Position numbers and translations under genes: made by a program. Below the pieces are notes generated by a model. The model did no database searches, was not told the DNA's origin, and worked only from the letters and a program-made list of their open reading frames with translations. Positions 45,338-54,734 of a DNA stretch of 64,000 bases are shown here, one piece after another. This DNA is from an uncultured Eubacteriales bacterium (GTDB lineage Bacteria > Bacillota > Clostridia > Oscillospirales > CAG-272): NCBI GenBank assembly GCA_934481515.1, contig CAKSPO010000003.1:4250-68249 (forward strand). The letters are read 5' to 3'. Each line of letters starts with the position of its first letter. The stretch's first letter is position 1.

Positions 45338-48300
45338 ATGCAAGCGAATTTTCGGATACGGAAGATCAGAGCCATAGCCCTCTTTTTGTGTCTTGCGGCA
45401 TTGTGCGGCGCTCTTTTGGCGGTTGGCGCCAATGCGGTCGGAACGGTTGCGGAATCGACGGATTTCGGGCTTCCCGGCGCGGGCAACAACCGACTTCTTT
45501 CCGGTGCGGCGCTCTATCGCGCGCTGTTCGGGACGGAGCCGACCGCCGCGGAGGCGGAATATCTCGCGCGTGGGAGTTATACGCTGACCTACCATGATGC
45601 AATCCCGGATCGTCTGGTCAATACCGAATATAACAGCGAAGCAGGCACGCTCACCGTGACGGCGGCTCCCTATATTTATACGGCGGCAAACGGGAAAACC
45701 GTGATGTGGGTTCCGGAAACCGCTTCTGCAGGCGGAAAGACGGTTTCTTTACAGGCAGACGGGACGCAGTACCGCGGGATATTTTCGGATCTGTTCCGCT
45801 CGGAGGATTTGCGTCTGGAGCTTTCCTATCGGTTGACACTGGAGATTCCGGCTTCTTTTGCGGATGCTTTGCGGAATGATGCGTTTGCCGCCGGAAAAGC
45901 GGCGTGGGAGCGTTGGTCGGCTTACCTGGAAGAGGCGGATGCTTATCAGAAAAAGATGGATGCCTACGAGGCTTACCGGGACTATTTGCAATGGGTTCGC
46001 GATTATGAGGTCTATTGCGAACGGATTGCCGTATACCGGGAACAGAAGGCGGCATATGACGCTTATATGGTTCTGTACCGCGCCTACCTGGAGGAATACG
46101 CGATCTATGAGCAATGGCAGGCATATTATGCCTATGAGGATTTCCGGCTCAACCATCTGGAAGAATACAACGCCTATGTCGTTTACCAAAAGAAGATGGA
46201 GGCGTTCCGGGCAAGGCTCAATATTCTGGAATCGGTTTACACCCGGGACAGTCACGGGTGGCAGTTATACGCTTCCGTGATGGGCTCTTTGGTGACACAG
46301 GTTCTGGAACGGCGGAATGAATTACTGATTTCCGGCTGTTCTCCGGCGGATCTGGATCTTGCCGCAAAAGCGACGGAGAAATTGCGGGTTCTGCTTAAGG
46401 CATATGACGATGTACGGAAGGCGACATATGCTTCCGAGCATCAAAGCATTGCGGCGCGCTTCTCCTTTTACACCGGGCATTACGAAGAATTAAAAACTGC
46501 CTTTACCGATCTTTACCGTGCTCTTTACGCACTCTACGACAACACCATTCTGGTGGAGGAAATGAAAAAGCAGGGTAAGGTGGAGCATTACCAGCAGTTT
46601 GTGGGACAGCTTTATGTAGTGGCAACCTGTCTGGATGACGCAGGAAACCGAAAAAGCAACTGGAACATCAGTAAAAAGCCGCTGTCTGCCGTGGTGGAAG
46701 CGGCTCAGCTCCTCCCGGATACCAACGAAGCAAGCCCATACGGTCTGACACTTCCGGGGGAGGTTGCAAAGGTGGAGGCTGTTCCGAAGGCGGAAAAGCC
46801 GACCTCTCCGCAGCCCGCAGAAGAACCGGAGGCTCCGGACGTTGTTCCGGAACCGATGGAGGAGCCGGTGAAGGTGGAAAAACCGCGGGAGGAGGATCGT
46901 CCTCCGGAAGCGGAAAAGCCGGAGGGTGATGCGCCGCAGGCTCCTGTGCTCGACGATACGGCAGTGAAGCTGATGGAAGAGGTTTCCGCCGGGACGCTTT
47001 CCGGAAAGGCGGCGGTGACGGAGCCGGTTGCCCTGACGCTGTCTGCGGTTGCGGTTTGCAAGGTTTCCATCCGGAACCTTAAAACCGTGACGTTTTACGG
47101 TGCGGACGGAAACGTATTGCAGGAGACCATGCTGAATTATGGGGAATCGGTTTCGGCTCCGCCGGTGCCGGAACGGGCGGAGACCGCGCAGTATTCCTAC
47201 CGTGCACTCGGATGGGTGACCTCCGACGGGCAGGAAGCGGATCTTATGGAGGTCAGAACCAATCTTTCCCTGTACCCGCTGTATGACATTACGGTCAAAA
47301 CCTATCGGATTGTCTGGCGGGTGGATGGGACTGATTATGCGCAGACCTATCCCTATGGCTCTTTGCCGACCCCTCCGTTTGCTTTGACGAAGCCGGAGGA
47401 GACGCATTACATCTACCGGTTTTCCGGGTGGGATAAGGATGTTCTTCCCGTGACGGAGGACGTGGTTTACACGGGAAGTTTTGAAAAGGTTCCGAAGCGT
47501 TACACAGTCACGTGGATTTTGGAAAACGGAAAGCGGCGGGTGACGGAGGAGGTTCCGTACGGAACGGTTCCTTCTTTTGCGGGGGATACAACCGCTCCGA
47601 CCGACAGCTATCTGTATTCTTTTACCGGCTGGGATCGGGTTCTGCGTCCTGTAGACGGGGACACGGAATATACCGCGGTCTATCGCCGCACGCCACTGAT
47701 TCCGGCGGATACCGGAGGTGCGGTACCGGTGGAAGTGACCGATACGGAGATGCTTGTGTACAGCGGGCAGTCCTCGCTCTTTGTGGAGCGTGCACTTCTT
47801 CTTTCCGCAGAAAGCGGTCGGACGCTGGTTTTGCAATGGGGGGCGGAAGAGCTTTTGAAAATCACCTCCGAAAATGCGGAACGGCTGTTGACGGCAGGGT
47901 GCCGGCAGATTTCACTTTTCCGCGGAACGGTCGGATCGGATGCCTTCTATCGTCTGTCCCTTTCCGATACCGATGGAGAAGCGGTTTTGGCAGAACAATT
48001 TTCCGCAACTCTGACGCTCCCTTCCGGAGACAATGTGAAAAAGAAGCTGGCATACCGCCAAAACGGAAAAGAGCTGATTCCGCTTTCTGCCGGGGAGCTG
48101 GCGGCGGTTTCGGAGGGAATGGAGATTGTTCTGCGGAATGCGTACCGACTGACGGTGGTTCCGAACGCCTTGTGTAATACGGCTGCTCTTGGAAAATATG
48201 TTTCGGTCGGAGATACAGTCAGCCTGCGGCTGAGCTGTCAGTTCGGTTATGAGGTCACCGGTGCGGCGGTCCGGACGGCGGACGGGAAAACGGTTCCGCT

Positions 48301-48892
48301 GGACGACCTTTCCTTTGTAATGCCGGAGCAGGCGGCGGAGATTTCGCTGACCGTGACGCAGATTTTTTACCGGGTCTCGTTCCTTGTGAACGGAAATCTT
48401 TGGCATCAGGAAACGGTTCCGCTCGGTGAAGAAATCCCTCTGCCGGAGGATCCGTCGCTTCCGGAGGAGAACGGTATCCGTTACCGCTTTTCCGGTTGGG
48501 ATCCGATTCCTGCCTTTGCAAGCGGAAAGGATCGGGAGATGACCTTCTGTGCGGTCTTTACGGAAATTCCGCCGGAGGCGGAATATACGACCGGGAACAA
48601 CAACAATCGCTTTCTGCAGATTTTCCTTCCGATTGCGTGCGGAGTTCTTCTGTCCGTTGCCGGAATCTTCCTGCTTCGGAAAAAGAAAAAAGCCCGGCAG
48701 AAGGGCATTTCCGAGACGCTGGCTGGGGCGGAGGAAACGGGTGCAATGACGGCGCTGACCCCGGAGGAACCGCCGGAATCGGCGGCGATACCGAAGGCTC
48801 CGGAAGGCACAGCAGAGGCGGAAACCGGGGATGGCTCCAACCCTTTGGAACAATCGGATTCCGATACGGCAGAGCCGTCTGACGGGGATTGA
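45338..48892 (+). CDS. 1184-aa surface protein with five regions: signal peptide, Tyr-periodic helical region, Pro/Glu linker, four Listeria-Bacteroides (InlB B-type) repeats, and a C-terminal TM anchor with acidic tail
   Basis: The signal peptide is MQANFRIRKIRAIALFLCLAALCGALLAVGANA. Repeats with YxFxGWD cores (YRFSGWD, YSFTGWD, YRFSGWD) lie at nt ~47087-47695 and 48366-48572. The TM helix is FLQIFLPIACGVLLSVAGIFLL followed by RKKKKARQ. Confidence 0.8.
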   Translation: MQANFRIRKIRAIALFLCLAALCGALLAVGANAVGTVAESTDFGLPGAGNNRLLSGAALYRALFGTEPTAAEAEYLARGSYTLTYHDAIPDRLVNTEYNSEAGTLTVTAAPYIYTAANGKTVMWVPETASAGGKTVSLQADGTQYRGIFSDLFRSEDLRLELSYRLTLEIPASFADALRNDAFAAGKAAWERWSAYLEEADAYQKKMDAYEAYRDYLQWVRDYEVYCERIAVYREQKAAYDAYMVLYRAYLEEYAIYEQWQAYYAYEDFRLNHLEEYNAYVVYQKKMEAFRARLNILESVYTRDSHGWQLYASVMGSLVTQVLERRNELLISGCSPADLDLAAKATEKLRVLLKAYDDVRKATYASEHQSIAARFSFYTGHYEELKTAFTDLYRALYALYDNTILVEEMKKQGKVEHYQQFVGQLYVVATCLDDAGNRKSNWNISKKPLSAVVEAAQLLPDTNEASPYGLTLPGEVAKVEAVPKAEKPTSPQPAEEPEAPDVVPEPMEEPVKVEKPREEDRPPEAEKPEGDAPQAPVLDDTAVKLMEEVSAGTLSGKAAVTEPVALTLSAVAVCKVSIRNLKTVTFYGADGNVLQETMLNYGESVSAPPVPERAETAQYSYRALGWVTSDGQEADLMEVRTNLSLYPLYDITVKTYRIVWRVDGTDYAQTYPYGSLPTPPFALTKPEETHYIYRFSGWDKDVLPVTEDVVYTGSFEKVPKRYTVTWILENGKRRVTEEVPYGTVPSFAGDTTAPTDSYLYSFTGWDRVLRPVDGDTEYTAVYRRTPLIPADTGGAVPVEVTDTEMLVYSGQSSLFVERALLLSAESGRTLVLQWGAEELLKITSENAERLLTAGCRQISLFRGTVGSDAFYRLSLSDTDGEAVLAEQFSATLTLPSGDNVKKKLAYRQNGKELIPLSAGELAAVSEGMEIVLRNAYRLTVVPNALCNTAALGKYVSVGDTVSLRLSCQFGYEVTGAAVRTADGKTVPLDDLSFVMPEQAAEISLTVTQIFYRVSFLVNGNLWHQETVPLGEEIPLPEDPSLPEENGIRYRFSGWDPIPAFASGKDREMTFCAVFTEIPPEAEYTTGNNNNRFLQIFLPIACGVLLSVAGIFLLRKKKKARQKGISETLAGAEETGAMTALTPEEPPESAAIPKAPEGTAEAETGDGSNPLEQSDSDTAEPSDGD

Positions 48893-48962
48893 CGGGTTTT
48901 GCCTGTCTGCAAAACAGAAGATTCCGTTACGGCGGCATGGAAGAGATATCTGACAAAATGAC

Positions 48963-48997
48963 GGGGCTGTGAAAAGCGTGATGTTTTTCACAGCCCC
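48963..48997. terminator. Palindromic hairpin GGGGCTGTGAAAAGCGTGATGTTTTTCACAGCCCC (second copy)
   Basis: It differs by 1 nt from 17450-17484. It lies between convergent genes. Confidence 0.65.
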
Positions 48998-49160
48998 TCA
49001 AAAATACCGGTCGGGATTTTGGTATCAAGGATGCGGTCTTGGGTGCTTTACCGTTGAGCCAGATGGCAAAGGCGATGTGAAAAAACTCTAATGCGTTTTT
49101 GCACATCGCCTTTTGTATTCGTGTTTTGCCGAAGAAGCGGGTATTTGAAGGTTTTTTGGG

Positions 49161-50840
49161 TCAGGTGTTCTTTCCGTCCGGAGGATTGTTCTCCGCAATC
49201 GGAGATTCTGCTGTAGCCCCGGAAGTGTCTTTTTCTGCTTCTGCTTCCGCTTCCAGTTGCGTCTGTTTTGCCTCTGCGATTGCCACCTCGGTGACGCGGG
49301 TCAGGTTCTCCAACAGGGTTGCCGTTGCATAGCGGCGGTTCCGCTTCCGGATCTTCTCCAGCGCCCGGCGGATTTCCGGCCGCAATTCCGCCCTCCGCTC
49401 CTCCGGCGTTTCCGGGTCATTCAGCTCCACAAAGGAGAGCACCAGATGCAATTCGCTGTGCTGAATGATCTGCACCTGTTCGCCGATGCCGAGCCTGGTG
49501 CGGCGACGTCCGGAAAGCGGCTGATAATCCGATGCCACCACGACCTCCAGTGCAGAGCATCCTGTGAACAGACCTCTGCCGAACGAAATCCGGGTATTCG
49601 GGAAAATCACCGTCTGCAAGGCGCTGCAATCCGCAAACACACCGTCTCCTGCTTTGCGCAGATGCACCGGGAGACTGACAGAGTGCAGGCTGGAACAGCC
49701 CGCAAAAGCGCGGTCGCCAAGTACGGCAAGCTCCCGCGGCATCCGGACGGAGGTCAGGGAAGAACAACCGGAAAAAGCGTTCTCTTCCACCTCCAGCACG
49801 GTTTGCGGCAGAACAATGGATTGCAGGGAAATGCATTCGGTAAAAGTGGATGCCTCAATCAACGTCAGAGATGCTTCTATTTTTACCTCCCGGAGGGCTG
49901 TGCAGTAAGCGAAAGCCATACGGGAAACGTCCTGCACGGTTTCCGGGATTGTCAACTCCTCCAGTGCGGCACAATGGAGAAATGCCGAGTTTCCGATCCG
50001 GGTAAGCCCCTGCGGCAGGTGGAAATCCTTCAGTTTCTTGCAGGCGCAAAGCGCCGCGTTCCCGATATAGGATAGCTCCGTCGGAACCTCTAAAGACACC
50101 AGGGAATCGCAGCAGGAGAAGGTATAGTCCCCGATAAAGCGGATTTTTCCGGGCAGCCGCATCTGCTGCAAGGAGCGGCATTCGCTGAATGTACCGCTTC
50201 CGAGATAGGTCAGTCCTTCCGGAAGTTCCAACGATTCCAGGGAAGTGCACCGGGCAAAGGCGTATCTGCCGACGGACTGCACTTTCTCCGGAATGACCAG
50301 ATGCCGGAGGGAACGGCAATTGAAAAAAGTTGCCCGGTGAATGGCGTCCAGCCCTTCCGGCAGTTGAAGTTCCTCCAACGCTACGCAGTCGGAAAATGCC
50401 ATTCTTCCCAAGCGTTTGAGCGACGCGGAAAGCAGAACGTAGTGCAGCTCCGAGCAGCCCCGGAAGCAGGCATCCCCGACATATTGCAGTGTGCGCGGTA
50501 AAAGTGCCGCGGCAAGCATCCGGCATCCGTCAAACGCTCCCATGCCAAGCTCCGTCAGCCCTGTCGGAAACACTACCTGGCGCAGGGCGGTACAGTCACG
50601 GAAGGCGTTGGTGCCGACCGTATGCACGTTTTCCCCCAAAACCACGCGGGTCAGGTTCCGGTTCCCGCGGAAGGCATCCTCCGCAATCACGGTGACAGAC
50701 GCAGGAATGACGACCTCCGGACTTTTTCCGTAATAGCGGATGAATTCTCCGTCACGTACCTCACTGCATCGCAGAAGCTCCGCCTCTGCCGCTGATACTT
50801 CCTTTTTTGTTGTCTGTTCGTTCTGCTTATTCTCTTCCAT
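49161..50840 (-). CDS. BspA-type leucine-rich-repeat protein without signal peptide, charged coiled C-terminus
   Basis: The start is MEENKQNEQ (AGGAG RBS). It has about 19 repeats of the form xAFxxCxxLxxVxLPxxLxxIG. The C-terminal 110 aa are Arg/Glu-rich. Confidence 0.8.
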   Translation of the reverse strand: MEENKQNEQTTKKEVSAAEAELLRCSEVRDGEFIRYYGKSPEVVIPASVTVIAEDAFRGNRNLTRVVLGENVHTVGTNAFRDCTALRQVVFPTGLTELGMGAFDGCRMLAAALLPRTLQYVGDACFRGCSELHYVLLSASLKRLGRMAFSDCVALEELQLPEGLDAIHRATFFNCRSLRHLVIPEKVQSVGRYAFARCTSLESLELPEGLTYLGSGTFSECRSLQQMRLPGKIRFIGDYTFSCCDSLVSLEVPTELSYIGNAALCACKKLKDFHLPQGLTRIGNSAFLHCAALEELTIPETVQDVSRMAFAYCTALREVKIEASLTLIEASTFTECISLQSIVLPQTVLEVEENAFSGCSSLTSVRMPRELAVLGDRAFAGCSSLHSVSLPVHLRKAGDGVFADCSALQTVIFPNTRISFGRGLFTGCSALEVVVASDYQPLSGRRRTRLGIGEQVQIIQHSELHLVLSFVELNDPETPEERRAELRPEIRRALEKIRKRNRRYATATLLENLTRVTEVAIAEAKQTQLEAEAEAEKDTSGATAESPIAENNPPDGKNT

Positions 50841-50927
50841 TATGACTCCTGTTGTATGCCGGGATTTCAAAGAGAGGAAGCAGGATGCTTCCCCCTCTTT
50901 CTTTCAAAAAAGCCTGAAAAACGGATT

Positions 50928-52334
50928 TTACCGGTTGTTTTCGGTCTTTTCCTTATCTTCGTTCCGCTCTGCCAGCTTTCCGCCGGCATATCCCGCCAGA
51001 AGTGCGGCGAGATCGATTCCCGTGGATTCCTTCATGCCCTCCACGATCTGGCTTGCACTGCCCATGACATCCTTGATGAGCTTTGTGGAGTTTCCGTCTC
51101 CGTACATCACAATCCGGTCGGTCTGGGACAGAGGGGCGGCGGCATTCTTGACGACCTCAGGCAACGCATTGAGGTACATCTCCAGGACGGATGCCTCACC
51201 CATCTTGCGCTGTGCTTCCGCCTTTTTCTCGATTGCCATTGCTTCCGCTTCGCCCTTGGCACGGATACCGGCGGCTTCCTGCTCCATTGCGTAACGGGTT
51301 GCTTCCGCTTCCGCTTTTCTCGCTTCCGCCTCCTGCATGACGCGGTATTTTTCCGCTTCTGCTTCCCGCTGCTGCTTGATGAGCTCCGCCTCTGCTTCCT
51401 TTTCCATGCGGTATTTCAGGGCGTCCGCCTGCTTGCGTACCTCTGCATCCAGCTGCCGTTCCTTGAGGGCGATCGCCTTCTCTGCAAGCTCTGCTTCCTT
51501 TTCCATGCGGGCAATATCCGCGTTTGCCTTGGTGATTTCAATGGTTTTCCGCTGGCTTTCCTGCTGAATGGAATAGGCGGCATCGGCTTCCGCACGCTTG
51601 GTTTCGGAGCGAACCTTCATGTCTGCCTGCTGTACCGCCAGCTCGGCATCCTGCTCTGCAATCTTCTTTTCCGCCTCTACCTTGACTGCGTTTGCTTCCT
51701 GCTGTGCGTTTGCCGTCGCAATGGAGATGTCTCTCTGCGCATTTGCCTTGGCGATCTGCGCGTTCTTGCGGATCTGCTCCACGTTGTCGATACCCATATT
51801 CTCGATGGTGCCTGCGGCATCCTTGAAATTCTGGATGTTGAAGTTTACCACTTCAATTCCCAGCTTTTCCATATCGGGAACCACGTTCTCGGTGATTTTT
51901 TTGGCAACGCCCTGCCGGTCCTGCACCATTTCCTTCAGTCCGACCGAGCCGACGATTTCCCGCATGTTGCCTTCCAGAACCTGCGTTACAAGGTTGACAA
52001 GATCTATCTGGCGCAGGTTCAGGAGCGCTTCCGAAGCGCGCTTCAAAAGCTCCGGGTTGGACGAAATTTTGATGTTTGCCACGCCGTCTACCGTGACGTT
52101 GATAAACTCGTTTGTCGGTACCGCTTCGCTGGTCTTGACATCTACCTGCATGACCCGAAGCGACAAGCGGTCCACGCGGGTGAAGAACGGAACCCGCCAC
52201 CCGGCTTTTCCGATCAGAATCCGCTTTTTTCCGAGACCCGTGATGATGTAAGCGGTATCCGGGGGCGCCTTGATGTAGCCGATGACCAGAAGCAATACTG
52301 CCAGTGCCACCACGCAGAGCAATGCATAAATCAT
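50928..52334 (-). CDS. Flotillin-like SPFH/band-7 protein
   Basis: The start is moved to MIYALLCVVALAVLLLV (AAAGGAGAA RBS 7 nt upstream). It has an SPFH core and a long EA-rich flotillin repeat (EAEAEKYRVMQEAEARKAEAEA). Confidence 0.88.
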   Translation of the reverse strand: MIYALLCVVALAVLLLVIGYIKAPPDTAYIITGLGKKRILIGKAGWRVPFFTRVDRLSLRVMQVDVKTSEAVPTNEFINVTVDGVANIKISSNPELLKRASEALLNLRQIDLVNLVTQVLEGNMREIVGSVGLKEMVQDRQGVAKKITENVVPDMEKLGIEVVNFNIQNFKDAAGTIENMGIDNVEQIRKNAQIAKANAQRDISIATANAQQEANAVKVEAEKKIAEQDAELAVQQADMKVRSETKRAEADAAYSIQQESQRKTIEITKANADIARMEKEAELAEKAIALKERQLDAEVRKQADALKYRMEKEAEAELIKQQREAEAEKYRVMQEAEARKAEAEATRYAMEQEAAGIRAKGEAEAMAIEKKAEAQRKMGEASVLEMYLNALPEVVKNAAAPLSQTDRIVMYGDGNSTKLIKDVMGSASQIVEGMKESTGIDLAALLAGYAGGKLAERNEDKEKTENNR

Positions 52335-52466
52335 AACAAATTCTCCTTTACGGAATGTATTCGGCATGTCGCCGTAATATGATTATATAATACAGTCATA
52401 TGATTGTCAATAGAATATTTATATTTTTTAAGAAATTTTGCGAAAAAGGAAACGCCGGAAAACGTC

Positions 52467-53408
52467 TCAGCGATCTTCGCCAAGCTGGTTCATCATCCGC
52501 TTGTTGAATTCCTCCGCCGTATTGTATCCCATCCGCTTTTGGCGGTTGTTCATCGCCGCAATCTCGACGATGATTGCAAGATTTCTGCCGGGGCGTACCG
52601 GAACCGTGATGGAGGGAAGCTCGATACCGAGAATGTTGATGTGTTCTTCGTCCATGCCGAGGCGGTCGTACATTTTTCCTTCCACCCAGTTTTCCAGCTG
52701 GATGACAAGGTCAATCCGTTCCGTCTCCTTCACGGCTCCCATACCGAACAGACGGCGGACGTCCACGATTCCGATACCGCGCAGCTCCACATAATGGCGG
52801 ATCAGCTCCGGCGCGGAACCGACCAGTGTCCGGTCGGAGACCCGCTTGATCTCTACTGCGTCGTCCGCGATCAGCCGGTGCCCGCGCTTGATCAACTCGA
52901 TTGCTGTTTCGCTCTTTCCGACACCGCTGTCTCCAAGTAAAAGAATTCCTTCGCCGTAGACCTCCACAAGCCCGCCGTGCCGGGTGATCCGGGGGGCAAG
53001 ATGGGTATTCAGGGAAGCAATCAGGCTTGCCATGATCGGGCTGGTCTTGATGTCCGTCCGGAGCACCGGAACGCCGCGCAGGGTTGCACGTTCCATCACC
53101 ACATCGTCCACCGGGAGTCCCGTTGTGTAAAGAATGGCGACCGGTGCGGCATCTACCAGCTTCTGAAGCATCACGCGCTTTGTGCTCGGCTCCAGGGATT
53201 GCAGATAATGCGTTTCCGCTTTTCCCATCAGCTGGATCCGTTCCGGCTCAAAAATCTCATAAAAGCCCGCAAGAGCAAGACCCGGACGGTTGACCTCCGG
53301 TGTTACAATCTGAATCTCTTCAAAATTTTCCGGTCGGACAATCACCTCGAAATGAAAATCTTTTACGATTTTGGAAAGCGGAATTTTGTATTTTGCCTTG
53401 GAATGCAT
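52467..53408 (-). CDS. hprK: HPr kinase/phosphorylase
   Basis: The start is MHSKAKYKIP (AAGGAG RBS). It has the Walker A GDSGVGKSE and the signature LIADDAVEI. Confidence 0.95.
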   Translation of the reverse strand: MHSKAKYKIPLSKIVKDFHFEVIVRPENFEEIQIVTPEVNRPGLALAGFYEIFEPERIQLMGKAETHYLQSLEPSTKRVMLQKLVDAAPVAILYTTGLPVDDVVMERATLRGVPVLRTDIKTSPIMASLIASLNTHLAPRITRHGGLVEVYGEGILLLGDSGVGKSETAIELIKRGHRLIADDAVEIKRVSDRTLVGSAPELIRHYVELRGIGIVDVRRLFGMGAVKETERIDLVIQLENWVEGKMYDRLGMDEEHINILGIELPSITVPVRPGRNLAIIVEIAAMNNRQKRMGYNTAEEFNKRMMNQLGEDR

Positions 53409-53685
53409 ATTGCAACGCTCCTTTTTTGCCTGTACAGCAGGGTTATCCGGCGCTTTGGATCTCCGGTATCCGGTGACAAACCCAATCCGACGCAGAAATG
53501 GTTCCGCCGCCGAAAGCAACGCCTCTTTACCGTATTGTACCACAAAAACGGCTTTATGGGAAGGCTTTTTTGTGAATTTTCATGCTGTTTTTTCGGGGTA
53601 TTCATAAAAAATCCATAAGTATTTAGTATAATAAGAAACAGTATCGGACAGCGGTACGATTTTTGGTCAGAGGACGGTACCGGGA

Positions 53686-54702
53686 ATGAAACGGAAACAA
53701 ACAGTTTTTACGCTCATGCTTCTCCTGTTTTTGCTTTTGCAGGGTGCTTTTGCGGTGTCCTGCACCTCCGCAGAGGAGAAACAGATGCAGACAGCCATCG
53801 GTACCTGTGCAGGCTATGAGGTGCTCTATGAGGAGTTGCGGTTTGTTACGCTGACCTGCAAGGATCAGATGAAAGCGACCTACGGAGACGACATCTGGGA
53901 CGATGCGGAAAGCACGGAAAAATATCTTCCCGAGCTGGAAGAGAAGGTATGGAAGATCATGCGCTCCAATTATGCGGCGCTGACTGCCTGCGCGGCGTAT
54001 CAGCTGACCGCCGATAAAATGCAGGATAAAAGCATTGTCGAGGCTGTGGATCGGCGCGTGGAAACCGCAAAGTCCCAATTTGACAGCGAAAAGGAATACC
54101 GCCGGTATCTTACCGATTCTTATCTGACCGAGCATTTGCTCCGGTTCCTGCTCTCCGCGGAAATGATGAAGAACGAGCTTCTGTATGTTCTGACAGAGGA
54201 TCTCGGACAGATTGAAAAGGATGAGGAAAAATTTTACGACTGGCTGAAAGAGGGGAACTATGTCCCGGTTCAGCACATTTATATCAGGAACGATTCGGGA
54301 GACGACCCGGAGAAAAACCGGGCGCTTGCCGAGGAGGTTCGAGACTGCCTGCGGGACGGAAGCAAAACGCTGAAGGATTATATCAACAGCAGCGTCAACG
54401 AGGATATTTACAATGTTGCTCCCTATTATATCGTGCGGGGAGCGTATGTGCAGGAAGTGGAGGATGTTGTCTTCGATTTGCAAAAGGAAGGCGACGTCAG
54501 CGAGGTTGCCGAGGTGGAGGGCGGTTATTATGTGTTTGTCCGTACCGAGGACAAACCTGAAAAGCTGCTTTCCAATCTTCCCACTCTGCTGGAGGATTAT
54601 CAGTGGGCAATGGTTTCCAACCTCGTGAAAGAATATGAGAACCGGGTCGTGATTGACCTGAACGAGTACGGAAAAAGCATCCGCCTCACCGATATTCGCT
54701 GA
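53686..54702 (+). CDS. PrsA/SurA-like lipoprotein with parvulin-type PPIase domain
   Basis: The lipobox is FAVSC. It has an N-terminal chaperone-like helical region. The parvulin-like segment runs from VQHIYIRN to GGYYVFVRTE. Confidence 0.7.
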   Translation: MKRKQTVFTLMLLLFLLLQGAFAVSCTSAEEKQMQTAIGTCAGYEVLYEELRFVTLTCKDQMKATYGDDIWDDAESTEKYLPELEEKVWKIMRSNYAALTACAAYQLTADKMQDKSIVEAVDRRVETAKSQFDSEKEYRRYLTDSYLTEHLLRFLLSAEMMKNELLYVLTEDLGQIEKDEEKFYDWLKEGNYVPVQHIYIRNDSGDDPEKNRALAEEVRDCLRDGSKTLKDYINSSVNEDIYNVAPYYIVRGAYVQEVEDVVFDLQKEGDVSEVAEVEGGYYVFVRTEDKPEKLLSNLPTLLEDYQWAMVSNLVKEYENRVVIDLNEYGKSIRLTDIR

Positions 54703-54734
54703 GCGGAACCGAACGGGAAAGGAGGGATTCCTGC

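Noticed and set aside
44016-45595. ORFs 44016..44858 (-) and 44855..45595 (-) overlapping the PPTase gene and the surface-protein promoter.
   Set aside because: They are antisense to a motif-bearing PPTase gene or span a promoter and leader. They are Arg/Pro-rich and have no RBS.
50860-50892. The hairpin between flotillin and the downstream LRR gene read as a firm terminator.
   Set aside because: The stem is imperfect, and on the gene (minus) strand it is followed by UUGAAAU rather than a U-tract. I leave co-transcription open rather than annotate a terminator.
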